A DNA stretch of 64,000 nucleotides. It comes from an uncultured Clostridia bacterium (GTDB lineage: Bacteria > Bacillota > Clostridia > Christensenellales > CAMQZB01). The DNA is taken from positions 424 through 64,423 of the forward strand of contig CAZIPL010000004.1 of assembly GCA_964541255.1 (NCBI GenBank), given 5' to 3'. Positions 44,556 through 53,721 of this stretch are shown here, piece by piece. Numbering within the stretch: the stretch's first letter is position 1; the number at the start of each line of letters is the position of its first letter. The position numbers and the translations under genes are program-made. Under the pieces are notes generated by a model. That model did not search any database. It was not told the origin of the DNA and saw only the letters and a program-made list of their open reading frames with translations.

Positions 44556-44740
44556 TATAACCTATAAGAAGTAAGCTTTTGTCTTGCGATAAAACCTTTG
44601 CAAACGCTTCGCTTTGATACAAAATCAAAGGCTCCCTTTGAAGGGAGCTGTCGCCGTAAGGCGACTGAGGGATTGATATATTATAGCAATGCTTCGAAGT
44701 TTCCGCACCTTGCAAGCAATGCGTAAACTTCTTGTATTAT
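44556..44740. repeat. MITE-like intergenic repeat, copy B (185 bp) carrying a nested double-hairpin module
   Basis: Same terminal arms as copy A. The interior contains the 46-nt module at 44630-44675. Confidence 0.6.
44630..44675 (+). repeat. Double-hairpin + TGAGGGATTG module (46 nt)
   Basis: GCTCCCT-TTGA-AGGGAGC, GTCGCC-GTAA-GGCGAC (GNRA-type loop), TGAGGGATTG. Confidence 0.6.
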
Positions 44741-44843
44741 CCGTTATTGAATGTCGAGTGAAATAAGTTGAAACTAAAAACGAATAATACTTGTCGAGGC
44801 TTTTTTATTAAAAATCTCAAAATGTATGAAAGTCGGTCTTTTC

Positions 44844-44872
44844 TTGACAAGCCTTGAAAGAGGTAGTATAAT
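44844..44872 (+). promoter_or_regulatory. Consensus sigma-A promoter of the MarR gene
   Basis: TTGACA (44844-44849), exactly 17 nt, TATAAT (44867-44872). Confidence 0.7.
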
Positions 44873-44892
44873 GTTAGTAATCTAACTGTTAG
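44873..44892. promoter_or_regulatory. Palindrome GTTAGTAATCTAAC plus extra GTTAG half-site (candidate MarR operator)
   Basis: It immediately follows the -10 box and covers the expected transcription start. MarR proteins typically autoregulate through such palindromes. Confidence 0.4.
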
Positions 44893-44911
44893 ATGACGGA
44901 GTAATATAGGT

Positions 44912-45355
44912 ATGAAAGAAAATGTCGGTTTTGAGATAAACACACTCTCGGTTTTAATGCGAAGAGAAGTCAGTCGAAAAGACGGCGACGTAGAAAAAGA
45001 ACCGCCAAAATTCGGCTGGGTTATCGGATATATATACGCGAGAAAGGACGAGGACGTATATCAACGCGACATAGAAAAGCTGAGCAAGCTTCGCCGTTCG
45101 ACGACGACGGTTATGCTTCAAAAAATGGAACAAAAGGGGCTTATCGAGCGACACTCCGTCGATACGGACGCAAGATTGAAAAAGATTACGTTGACGCCAA
45201 AAGCTATCGCTATGCATAAGCAGGTTCTCGAAGACATCGAAGAAACGGAAAAGCGTTTGACGAAAGGCATATCGAAAGAAGAACTCGACGCGTTTATCGT
45301 TACGATAAGAAAAATGCAGAAAAATTTGTGGGAATACGAAAACTGCGAGAAGTAG
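44912..45355 (+). CDS. MarR-family transcriptional regulator
   Basis: Winged-helix core QRDIEKLSKLRRSTTTVMLQKMEQKGLIERHSVDTDARLKKITLT. A consensus sigma-A promoter and palindrome lie upstream. Confidence 0.85.
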   Translation: MKENVGFEINTLSVLMRREVSRKDGDVEKEPPKFGWVIGYIYARKDEDVYQRDIEKLSKLRRSTTTVMLQKMEQKGLIERHSVDTDARLKKITLTPKAIAMHKQVLEDIEETEKRLTKGISKEELDAFIVTIRKMQKNLWEYENCEK

Positions 45356-45375
45356 TTTTTTGAATAAGAAATCAA

Positions 45376-45411
45376 AAAACCTCCTATGGTTATCAGCCAT
45401 AAGAGGTTTTC
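45376..45411. terminator. Bidirectional terminator between convergent marR and GH3 genes
   Basis: AAAACCTCCTATGG-loop-CCATAAGAGGTTTT, with A/T tracts on both sides. Confidence 0.7.
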
Positions 45412-45464
45412 TTTATGTTTTTTTGTAGGGGTTTGATTAAAAATCAAGTCCGCGTTTATTAGTT

Positions 45465-47900
45465 TTATACTCTTGTCATAGCAACTGAATCGAGCGTAAA
45501 GGAAAGCACGTCTTTAGCAACGAGCTGGATTTCGCCTCGCGTTATTCCGCCCTCTTTGCCGAGCGTTTCCAAAAGCGTCGGATCGGGAACGGGCTCGCCG
45601 CGATACAGTGCGCTTGTAGCTCCCGGCATGAGAACGTCGACTCTTGCGCGTACTCTATATGCGCTGCCCGACATCGTCGGGAATTCGGGGGAGGGGGCGT
45701 ATCTCATCCACCAGTCGGTAATAACGTTGCCGTCATAATGCCACTCATCGCGAAGAACCGTCGAAACGAGCTCGTAGTTATAATGGCTCCAAACGCCGTT
45801 TATTTTATTGTAGCTCGTCATAATGTTAAGAGGCTTGCCCTCTTTGACGCATATTTCGAAGTTTCTTAAATATATCTCTCTGAGCGCTCTTTCCGAAACT
45901 TTGGAATCGTTATAGTTTCTGTTTGTCTCTTGGTTGTTGCAAGCAAAGTGCTTGGGACAAGCGGAAAGTCCGTCGTGCTGAATGCCTCGAACGTATGCCG
46001 CCGCGATTTTGCCCGAAAGAACGGGGTCTTCGGAGTAGTATTCGAAGTTTCTTCCGCAAAGAGGATTTCTGTGGATGTTCATTCCAGGTGCCAAAATGAC
46101 GTCGGTGCCGCGTTCTAACATCTCGTCGCCGAAATGCTTAAGCATCTTTTCGATAAGCTCGGTGTCGAACGTCGAAGCAAGGAGCGTTCCGCAAGGGAGA
46201 AGCGAGGATGTCATTTTGAGTCTTATTCCCGAAGGACCGTCTGTCGTGATGACGGCGGGGATTCCCTTTTCGTTGAGGGATTGAGAAATTCCCGAGAACG
46301 CGCCTGCATTGCCTTTGGGGCCATATGGGCTATTCATTTGACCGTGTCCGCGAGTGATAAGTTCCAATTCGTCGTCGGAAAGCTGTGCGACGAATTCGTC
46401 GAGCGTATTCTTGCCGTTCTTTACGTCGATAAGCTTAATGCCTTTGTCGCCCGTATAAGGAATCTCGGCGGGAAGATTTTCCAAAATTCTGTTCTTCAAA
46501 TCGACCGTTCTTATGGGAGTTGCTTCGAAAGACGGAACCTTTTTGCCGTCAACTTCTTTTGCGATCATTCTGTCAAAGGTGTCGGCTACAGCCATAACCT
46601 CGGAAAGCTTTTCCGTAATGACAAGACTTGAAAGTTCGAAAGAATCGACCTTTTCTGCGGAAGAAACGTCTCCGCCCAAATATACGTTATAAACTCCGCT
46701 CTCTAAAACAAAGCAAGACTTGTTGCCCGTTATGCCGCTGTCGTCATAGGACGCGATATGTTCGAGAGAAAACGCGATTTCGAGAATTTGCTCTTCGTCG
46801 GGGGAAAGGTTGAGGGTTTTAGCAAATGCCGCAAGCGTTTTTTTCGCTTTTCCCAAAAGTCCGTTGGGAGCTCCGACATAAATCTGAACGACTTCTTTGC
46901 CTGCAACTTTGCCCGTATTCTTGACAAGAACTCTCGCTTTGCACGAAACGCCCTCTCTTTCAAAGCTAAGGAGTTTCTTTTCGAACGTCGTATAGGAAAG
47001 TCCGTATCCGAAGATGTACGCAGCTTTGTCTTTTGCAAACGTGTCGAAATATCTGTATCCCACAAAGATATCTTCTGCGTAGTTGTTGCTCTTTTTGTCG
47101 CCGAAGCAATTTGCCGACGGATAGTATTCGTATTTTTTCGCAACAGTAGCGGGGAGCTTGCCCGACGGATTTACTTTGCCTAAAAGTACGTCCGCAACGG
47201 CATTGCCGCTTTCCATTCCGCCTTGCCAGGGAAGAAGCACCGAGCCGACGTTATATTTTTCGATGAAGCTTAAATCTATTATGTTGCCTATATCGAGAAC
47301 GACCGCAACTTTCGAAAACGCCGAAGTAACTTTTTTGAGAAGTTTTTCTTCTGCAGTAGTCAAATAATAGCTGCCTTTTTTCAATTCGTTTTCGCGGTCT
47401 TCGCCTGCCGCTCTTCCGATAACGACAATCGCAACGTCGCATCTTGAAGACGCGTCGTTAACGAGTTTGTCGGAAATATTCATCTCGGGGAAGAATCTCG
47501 GCCAATGTCCCCAAAAACCGGGGTCTGCCTGATTTTTCTTTGTCCATTCTTCGTAAATAGAAAGAAGATCTTCGTCAAGATTTGCTCCGCCGTTTTTAAG
47601 ACCTTCGATAAGGTTTATCGAATAAGGATAGCAAACGTCTCCGCCGCTGCCGTATCCGACGCAGAAATAATCGAGCGCGCATCTTCCGAAAACGGCGATT
47701 TTGTCCTTTTCGGAAATCGGTAAAACACCGTCGTTTTTAAGCAATATTGCACCTTCCGCCGCCGCTTGACGAGAATATTTTTTGAGCGATTCATCGCAAA
47801 CGAACGGTTTTCCGTCTTTGTTGCCCGTAACTTGCGCCAAGTCGTTGCCGTCGAATTTTTTCATCATGGATCTGATGAATTTATTGATAAGCTTTCCCAT
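45465..47900 (-). CDS. Glycoside hydrolase family 3, permuted domain order
   Basis: ATG at 47900 follows GGAGGAAAAC (the track start at 47972 is unlikely). LLKNDGVLP, FGYGLSYTTF, then GMNIHRNPLCGRNFEYYSEDP, KHFACNNQE and VITDWW. Confidence 0.9.
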   Translation of the reverse strand: MGKLINKFIRSMMKKFDGNDLAQVTGNKDGKPFVCDESLKKYSRQAAAEGAILLKNDGVLPISEKDKIAVFGRCALDYFCVGYGSGGDVCYPYSINLIEGLKNGGANLDEDLLSIYEEWTKKNQADPGFWGHWPRFFPEMNISDKLVNDASSRCDVAIVVIGRAAGEDRENELKKGSYYLTTAEEKLLKKVTSAFSKVAVVLDIGNIIDLSFIEKYNVGSVLLPWQGGMESGNAVADVLLGKVNPSGKLPATVAKKYEYYPSANCFGDKKSNNYAEDIFVGYRYFDTFAKDKAAYIFGYGLSYTTFEKKLLSFEREGVSCKARVLVKNTGKVAGKEVVQIYVGAPNGLLGKAKKTLAAFAKTLNLSPDEEQILEIAFSLEHIASYDDSGITGNKSCFVLESGVYNVYLGGDVSSAEKVDSFELSSLVITEKLSEVMAVADTFDRMIAKEVDGKKVPSFEATPIRTVDLKNRILENLPAEIPYTGDKGIKLIDVKNGKNTLDEFVAQLSDDELELITRGHGQMNSPYGPKGNAGAFSGISQSLNEKGIPAVITTDGPSGIRLKMTSSLLPCGTLLASTFDTELIEKMLKHFGDEMLERGTDVILAPGMNIHRNPLCGRNFEYYSEDPVLSGKIAAAYVRGIQHDGLSACPKHFACNNQETNRNYNDSKVSERALREIYLRNFEICVKEGKPLNIMTSYNKINGVWSHYNYELVSTVLRDEWHYDGNVITDWWMRYAPSPEFPTMSGSAYRVRARVDVLMPGATSALYRGEPVPDPTLLETLGKEGGITRGEIQLVAKDVLSFTLDSVAMTRV

Positions 47901-48048
47901 AGTTTTCCTCCAAATGTTTACTAAACTTAGCTTTATGCTTTTTATTTTAGCATAATATTTCGTAATAATCAAAAAAATATTGATTACAAATATCGAAAAA
48001 CCGTTACATCTTTAGTTTTTTGAGAAAAATCGCCTAATATCGTCTTGT

Positions 48049-48077
48049 TTGACATCTATTTTAATTAGTGCTAAAAT
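48049..48077 (+). promoter_or_regulatory. Putative sigma-A promoter of trkAH
   Basis: TTGACA (48049-48054), 17 nt, TAAAAT (48072-48077). Confidence 0.55.
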
Positions 48078-48155
48078 CAAGGTAATTGCGAGACTTAATA
48101 TTTTTCGAAGAATTCGTTTCGGTTTTTCGCTATTCTCGCAAAAGGAGATATATAA

Positions 48156-49511
48156 ATGAAAATCACGGTTGTTGGTTGCGGTAAAGTCGGCGCTACTTTG
48201 ATTGAGCACCTTACAAAAGAGGGACACGACGTAACCGTAATCGATGTTGATGTAAATGCCGTAAACGCAATGTCTGAAACTTTTGACGTGCTTGGCGTTG
48301 TCGGAAACGGTGCTACGTTCGAAGTTCAAGCGGAGGCAGGAGTGAAAAACTCCGATATTTTGATTGCCGTTACTAGCTCCGACGAGCAGAACTTGCTTTG
48401 TTGCCTTATCGCGAAAAAGGCAGGCGTTCGCTATACCATAGGAAGAGTCAGAGATCCGATATATAACAGCGAAGTCAAATATCTTCAAAAGGAGCTCGGA
48501 CTTGCCCTTATAATTAATCCCGAACTTGCGACGGCGAAAGAGATTTCGAGGCTTTTGAAATATCCTTCTGCAATCACGGTAGATACCTTTGCGGGCGGAA
48601 ACGTAGAGCTTTTGACGGTCAAGGTCGAAAAAGACTCGGTTCTTGACGGAATAAAGATAAGCGAAATCGGTTCGAAAATCAAATGCGACGTTCTTATTTG
48701 CTCTATCGAAAGAAAGGACGAAGTGTTTATCCCCGACGGCGGAAGCGAGATTTTGGCGGGCGATAGAATTTCCTTTGTTGCTTCGCCCAAAAACGTAGCC
48801 GCGTTTTTGAGAAAAATAGGGCAGACGGTCGGAAACGTTAAGAACGCCATTCTTGTGGGCGGCGGCGATATTTCAAGGTATCTTGCCGATATTTTGACAG
48901 GAAGCGGAATCGACGTTAAGATTATCGAAAAGAAGAAAGAAAAATGCGTTGCTTTGGCGAACGAATTTTCCGACGTAACGATAATAAACGGCGACGGAAT
49001 GGAGCAAAACCTCTTGCTCGAAGAGGGGCTTGACGGTCGCGGCGGCTTCGTTGCGCTTACTAATTCCGACGAAGAGAATATCATTATGAGCTTATACGCG
49101 AAATCGCTCGGAAGAACGAAAATCGTCACAAAGCTTTCGAAACTCAAAATAGACGGCGTAGTTAAAAACTTGGGACTTGATTGTTTTATTTCCCCGAAAA
49201 GCATTACGGCGAACATCATTTTGCGATATGTGAGAGCTATGAAAAACTCCGCCGGCAGCAACGTCGAGGCGCTATACCGCATTTCCGACGAAAGAGTCGA
49301 GGCGTTGGAGTTTTCCGTAAAAGAGGGTTCGCCCGTTATCGGAAAGCCTTTGTCTCAGCTTAAAATCAAAAAGGGAATACTCGTTGCTTGCATTACAAGA
49401 GGCAGCGACATCATAATTCCGAAGGGAAACGATATGGTTTTGGCGGGCGATTCCGTCATCGTAGTGACGAAAGAAGAATCTCTTCTTGACGTCGCGGATA
49501 TTTTGAACTGA
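48156..49511 (+). CDS. trkA: Trk-system potassium uptake protein TrkA (tandem RCK/NAD-binding domains)
   Basis: MKITVVGCGKVGATL and a second ILVGGGDISRYLA Rossmann motif. RBS AAAGGAG. It is followed by trkH. Confidence 0.9.
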   Translation: MKITVVGCGKVGATLIEHLTKEGHDVTVIDVDVNAVNAMSETFDVLGVVGNGATFEVQAEAGVKNSDILIAVTSSDEQNLLCCLIAKKAGVRYTIGRVRDPIYNSEVKYLQKELGLALIINPELATAKEISRLLKYPSAITVDTFAGGNVELLTVKVEKDSVLDGIKISEIGSKIKCDVLICSIERKDEVFIPDGGSEILAGDRISFVASPKNVAAFLRKIGQTVGNVKNAILVGGGDISRYLADILTGSGIDVKIIEKKKEKCVALANEFSDVTIINGDGMEQNLLLEEGLDGRGGFVALTNSDEENIIMSLYAKSLGRTKIVTKLSKLKIDGVVKNLGLDCFISPKSITANIILRYVRAMKNSAGSNVEALYRISDERVEALEFSVKEGSPVIGKPLSQLKIKKGILVACITRGSDIIIPKGNDMVLAGDSVIVVTKEESLLDVADILN

Positions 49512-49512
49512 A

Positions 49513-50952
49513 ATGAATATCGGACTTATAATTTATATCTTGGGCTTCGTGCTGATATTTTTAGGCGCGTTTTTCGCTCTTCCCGCAATCGTAGCTTTGA
49601 TATACTCGGAAAGCGCGGGGTGGTATTTCGTCGCGCTTGCGATAGTTTCGATTGTCGTCGGCTTTGTCGTTACTCGGTTTAAGCCGAAGCGTCATACGTT
49701 TTTTGCAAGGGACGGCTTTGCGGCGGTCGCGCTTTCGTGGATAATGCTGTCTTTAATAGGCGCGTTGCCTTTTTATTTGAGCGGCGAAATAACAAGCTAC
49801 ATCGACGCGGTTTTCGAAACGGTGTCGGGCTTCACGACGACGGGCGCGAGCATTTTGCAAAACGTAGAGGATCTTTCAAAGTGCATGATCTTTTGGCGAA
49901 GCTTCACACAGTTTGTCGGCGGAATGGGTGTTTTGGTGTTTATTCTCGCAATTGTCCCTATGTCTGGCGGCAGCAACGTTATGCTTATGAAAGCCGAATC
50001 TCCAGGGCCTATTTCGGGCAAGCTTGTTCCGAAAGTAAGAACGACGGCGTTTTATCTGTATCTCATCTACGTCGTAATGATGGCGGTTGAGATAATCGTT
50101 TTGCTTTTTGCCGGTATGGAACCGTTCGACGCGATAACAATATCTTTCGGTTCGGCGGGAACGGGCGGTTTTTCCGTTCGAAACGACGGATTTTTGTCGT
50201 ATACGCCCTTTATGCAAAGCGTAGTAACCTTTTCGATGTTGCTTTTCGGAATAAACTTTACGGTGTATTATCTCATCGTAACGAAGAAATTCAAGCAAGC
50301 GATAAAATCCGAAGAGATGTGGGTATATCTTTATATTTTCGCCCTTTCGACAATTATAATTGCTAAGAACACCCTCGGAAGCTATTCGGGATTTTTCGAA
50401 AGTCTTCATCACGCCGCGTTTCAGGTTTCGTCGATAATGACGACGACGGGGTACGCAACCGTCGATTTCGACCTTTGGCCGACGCTTTCAAAGACGATTC
50501 TCGTATGTCTAATGTTTATCGGCGCATGCGGCGGAAGTACGGGCGGCGGAATCAAGGTTTCGAGAATAATCATTGCGTTCAAAACGGCATTGCGCTCCGT
50601 TTGGCAAAGTGTTCATCCGAAATCCGTCAAAGCGGTCAAAATGGACGGCAAGGCGCTCGAGGAAGAAACTGTTCGCTCGGTGACGGTATATTTCATTTTA
50701 TATATTTTTATCTTCTTTTTGAGTCTTCTTTTGATTTCGGTAGATAATTTCGACTTCACGACAAACTTTACGGCTGTCGCTGCGACATTCAATAATATAG
50801 GCCCGGGACTTAACGGCGTAGGTCCCACGCAAAATTTCGCGGCATTTTCAGCATTTTCGAAGATCGTATTCGTACTCGATATGTTGATAGGAAGACTCGA
50901 GCTTTTCCCTGTGTTGATTTTGTTCTCGAAATCCGCTTGGAAAAAGGTTTAA
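49513..50952 (+). CDS. trkH: TrkH-family potassium uptake membrane protein
   Basis: Polytopic protein with repeated M1-P-M2-like segments (VSGFTTTGAS, SAGTGGFS, MTTTGYAT, GACGGSTGGGIKV). The start lies 1 nt after the trkA stop. Confidence 0.9.
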   Translation: MNIGLIIYILGFVLIFLGAFFALPAIVALIYSESAGWYFVALAIVSIVVGFVVTRFKPKRHTFFARDGFAAVALSWIMLSLIGALPFYLSGEITSYIDAVFETVSGFTTTGASILQNVEDLSKCMIFWRSFTQFVGGMGVLVFILAIVPMSGGSNVMLMKAESPGPISGKLVPKVRTTAFYLYLIYVVMMAVEIIVLLFAGMEPFDAITISFGSAGTGGFSVRNDGFLSYTPFMQSVVTFSMLLFGINFTVYYLIVTKKFKQAIKSEEMWVYLYIFALSTIIIAKNTLGSYSGFFESLHHAAFQVSSIMTTTGYATVDFDLWPTLSKTILVCLMFIGACGGSTGGGIKVSRIIIAFKTALRSVWQSVHPKSVKAVKMDGKALEEETVRSVTVYFILYIFIFFLSLLLISVDNFDFTTNFTAVAATFNNIGPGLNGVGPTQNFAAFSAFSKIVFVLDMLIGRLELFPVLILFSKSAWKKV

Positions 50953-50991
50953 GGAAAAGTTTTTGTTTGAAGCTTTGAAAAAATAAAGAGA

Positions 50992-51026
50992 AACGCACCG
51001 ATTTTTAATAATCGGCGCGTTTTTAT
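50992..51026. terminator. Terminator between convergent trkH and PGI-like genes
   Basis: ACGCACCGAT-loop-ATCGGCGCGT followed by TTTT. Confidence 0.7.
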
Positions 51027-51122
51027 ATGGGCTTATTTCGGTTTTTTATAAAGCTTTTTTGAATATTGCTTTTCTTGTTTTATCGCAAAAAGCAATGATT
51101 TATATTGTTCTTGTCGTTCGTG

Positions 51123-52376
51123 TTATCTTCCGAGAATTTTATACATATTGTTCTTATATCCCTCGACTCCCGGTTGGTCGAACGGTTCGACGGAAATAAG
51201 GGCAGAGGAGATATAAGTCGATAGCATATTGATATACATAATCTCCGCAAGAGACTCTTCGGATGGCTTTTGGCACGAGAAAATCATGACGGGGATTTCT
51301 CCGTCATAGTGCGCCTTTAATGTGCCGTCGAAAACGGCGGAGTTAATTGACGAAAACTCTTTGTCGTCAAGGTAAGAGAACCCGTCGCCAAATTCGGTAT
51401 CGGGAATGACGAAATCGTCGTCGAATCTCATATCGAGGAAAGTCTCCGACAAAAAGAGTCTGCCCTCTTGGATATATTGCCCGATCGCATGCAAGTCTTC
51501 CGAAAAGCTTGTCGTATAGGGAAGAACGGCATTTTCGTTTTTGCCCTCCGACTCGCCGTGAAGCTGCAACCACCAACGCGCGAAGTATTCGAGCGACGGC
51601 TCGAAGTAGGCGAGGTTTTCGACGAAAAAGCCTTTTTCTTGCAAAATGGCTCTTGCGACGGCATAGCGAACGGCGGGGTTTTCTTTTATCGGCATTTCTT
51701 CAAGCTCTTTTTGGCAAGAAATCGCGCTTTGAACGAATTTATCGATGTCGCACCCCGCTACCGCCATAGGTAAAAGGCTTACGCTCGTAAATGCCGAAAA
51801 TCTTCCGCCGACTTTTTGTGGAAATTCGAAAAAGCGATAACCTTGTTTTTCCGCGATAGGGTAAAGCTGCTCTTTCCCGAAGCTTCCCGTCAAAATTACG
51901 CGGCGCTTATAATCCTCTCCGTAGCGGTTTTTGAGATAGCTTCTTAAATATCTGAACGCAATCCCCGGCTCCACGGTGTGGAAGTCTTTCGCTATAATAT
52001 CGACAAAAACGCTTCTATTTTCAAGCTTTTCGAGCGTTTCTTTGATATATTTTGCCGAGAAGTTATTCCCAAGATACACTATATTGCCGTTGTTTTTATA
52101 TAGTCCCTCGATAATGCTTTGTGCGGATCTGTTGGAGCCTCCTACTCCCACAACGAGAAGTACGCCGTTTTCGCTCTTTATTTCTTCGGCAAGCTTTTTA
52201 TATTCGTTAATCTCGCTTATATTGTCGGAAACGTTTTTCCAACCCAAGCTTCCTTTAAGTCCGAGATTTCCCGAAAGGCACGAAGAAATTAAATCGACGT
52301 TTTTTTTGATTCTTTCGTCGATGTCGTCTTTCGAAACGTATTTATCAATATATCTTTCGTCGAAAACAGTGCGCAT
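51123..52376 (-). CDS. Glucose-6-phosphate-isomerase-family protein with degenerate sugar-phosphate loop
   Basis: VGVGGSNRS, VGGRFSAFTSVSLLP, WWLQLHGESEGK, SEDLHAIGQ and FDQPGVEGYK match bacterial PGI motifs. The SKSGTT(T)EP loop reads AKDFHTVEP. RBS GAGGAG. Confidence 0.8.
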   Translation of the reverse strand: MRTVFDERYIDKYVSKDDIDERIKKNVDLISSCLSGNLGLKGSLGWKNVSDNISEINEYKKLAEEIKSENGVLLVVGVGGSNRSAQSIIEGLYKNNGNIVYLGNNFSAKYIKETLEKLENRSVFVDIIAKDFHTVEPGIAFRYLRSYLKNRYGEDYKRRVILTGSFGKEQLYPIAEKQGYRFFEFPQKVGGRFSAFTSVSLLPMAVAGCDIDKFVQSAISCQKELEEMPIKENPAVRYAVARAILQEKGFFVENLAYFEPSLEYFARWWLQLHGESEGKNENAVLPYTTSFSEDLHAIGQYIQEGRLFLSETFLDMRFDDDFVIPDTEFGDGFSYLDDKEFSSINSAVFDGTLKAHYDGEIPVMIFSCQKPSEESLAEIMYINMLSTYISSALISVEPFDQPGVEGYKNNMYKILGR

Positions 52377-52403
52377 AATCGCTCCTCGAATAATGTTTAT
52401 TTT

Positions 52404-52424
52404 GGGAAATAACTGTTATTTCCC
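52404..52424. promoter_or_regulatory. Perfect 21-bp palindrome GGGAAATAAC-T-GTTATTTCCC
   Basis: 10-bp perfect arms with a 1-nt centre, 28 nt upstream of the PGI-like ATG in the divergent intergenic region. Confidence 0.35.
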
Positions 52425-52472
52425 CTTGAAAATATGATAAGATAACATCGCTCGAAAAGCAAGAATTTTTCG

Positions 52473-52485
52473 GCAAACGATTGCG
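52473..52485. promoter_or_regulatory. Candidate LacI-type operator (site 4, inverted orientation)
   Basis: GCAAACGATTGC at 52473-52484 is the reverse complement of the 12-mer. It lies in the divergent PGI-like/aldolase region. Confidence 0.55.
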
Positions 52486-52557
52486 TAAAATCGAAAGCGG
52501 CAGGCATTATATTATAGATATAATGAAGTCGAAAGATAAGATCGGAGGTATATAAAA

Positions 52558-53718
52558 ATGGCATTGATTTCATTAAAGCCCGTTATGGATTATGCGAGAG
52601 CCAACAAGATTGCTCACGGCGCGTTCAACGTAAATATGCCCTCGCAGGCAAAAGCCGCGATAGAGGCGCATACGATATTGAATTCCGCCGCGGTTTTGCA
52701 AGGCGCGGAGCTTGCGAATGCGTTTATGGGCGGCAGAGCGGATTTTATGAACGGAACTTTGGAGGACAAAAAGCTCGGTGCGAAAAGAATCGCCGATGCG
52801 GTTAAGGAATATTCCAAAGAAACTCATATTCCCGTCGTTCTTCACTTGGATCACGGCAGGGATTTCGAGTCGTGCAAAGCCGTTATCGATGCGGGGTATA
52901 CTTCCGTTATGATTGACGGTTCGTCTAAATCGTTCGACGAAAACGTAGAGCTAACGCGTGAGGTCGTTAAATACGCACACGAAAGAGGTGTTTCCGTCGA
53001 GGGAGAGCTCGGAGTTTTGGCAGGCGTCGAAGACGATGTATTCTCCGAAAATTCCACCTATACTAATCCGATGAAAGTATGCGAATTCGTCAAGAAAACA
53101 AAGGTAGACGCGCTCGCTATTTCCTACGGAACGAAGCACGGCGCCGTTAAAGGCAAAAACGTCAAGCTTCGCGGCGAGATAGTTATTGCGTCGATGGAAA
53201 ACTTGAAGCACGAAAACCTCGATTGCTCTATCGTTTCGCACGGATCTTCTATGGTTCCCAAATATATCGTAGACGAAATCAACGAGCTTGGCGGCAATAT
53301 CTCGGGAACGGGCGGAGTTCCTATGTCAGAGCTTCAAAGGGTTATTCCTTGCGGAATATCGAAGATAAACATCGATACCGACATCAGACTTGCCATAACG
53401 AGAAATTTGAGAAGAATGTTTGCGGAAGATAAATCACTTCAAACGTGCGACGGACTTTCCGAGGTTTGGAATCTCATGTGCGCAAAACCCGACGCGTTTG
53501 ACCCGAGATATTATCTTGTTCCTATCATGGATAAGCTCGTCAAGGGCGAAAGAATCGAAAAGCCGTGGTTCGACAGATTCGTCAAAGAATCGGATAGAGG
53601 TGTTGCGGAGGCAGTCGTAACGGCTATTACGGGCTTCGGCGCGGTAGGCGACGCAGGAAAGATTAAGCAGACTTCGCTTGAAGAAATGGCTGAATACTAT
53701 AAAAAGCAGGGGATTTAA
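52558..53718 (+). CDS. Class II (metal-dependent) ketose-bisphosphate aldolase family protein, long form
   Basis: LHLDHG, VMIDGS, VEGELG, SYGTKHG, IVSHGSS and KINIDTD motifs are present. RBS GGAGG. It carries a C-terminal extension of about 100 aa relative to roughly 285-aa family members. Confidence 0.8.
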   Translation: MALISLKPVMDYARANKIAHGAFNVNMPSQAKAAIEAHTILNSAAVLQGAELANAFMGGRADFMNGTLEDKKLGAKRIADAVKEYSKETHIPVVLHLDHGRDFESCKAVIDAGYTSVMIDGSSKSFDENVELTREVVKYAHERGVSVEGELGVLAGVEDDVFSENSTYTNPMKVCEFVKKTKVDALAISYGTKHGAVKGKNVKLRGEIVIASMENLKHENLDCSIVSHGSSMVPKYIVDEINELGGNISGTGGVPMSELQRVIPCGISKINIDTDIRLAITRNLRRMFAEDKSLQTCDGLSEVWNLMCAKPDAFDPRYYLVPIMDKLVKGERIEKPWFDRFVKESDRGVAEAVVTAITGFGAVGDAGKIKQTSLEEMAEYYKKQGI

Positions 53719-53721
53719 TAA

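Noticed and set aside
48078-48155. c-di-AMP (ydaO/kimA-type) riboswitch upstream of trkA.
   Set aside because: The leader between the predicted -10 and the ATG is only about 75 nt, too short for that riboswitch, and I see none of its conserved ACGGGGA-type segments. There is only a simple TTGCGAGA...TCTCGCAA hairpin.
12600-52485. Interpreting the four GCAATCGTTTGC sites simply as CcpA catabolite-responsive elements.
   Set aside because: This is not fully excluded. The sites deviate from TGWAANCGNTNWCA at about three positions yet are identical to each other over 12 nt, and two flank the local LacI gene. That fits a dedicated regulator better, so I keep it as an alternative hypothesis in the finding.
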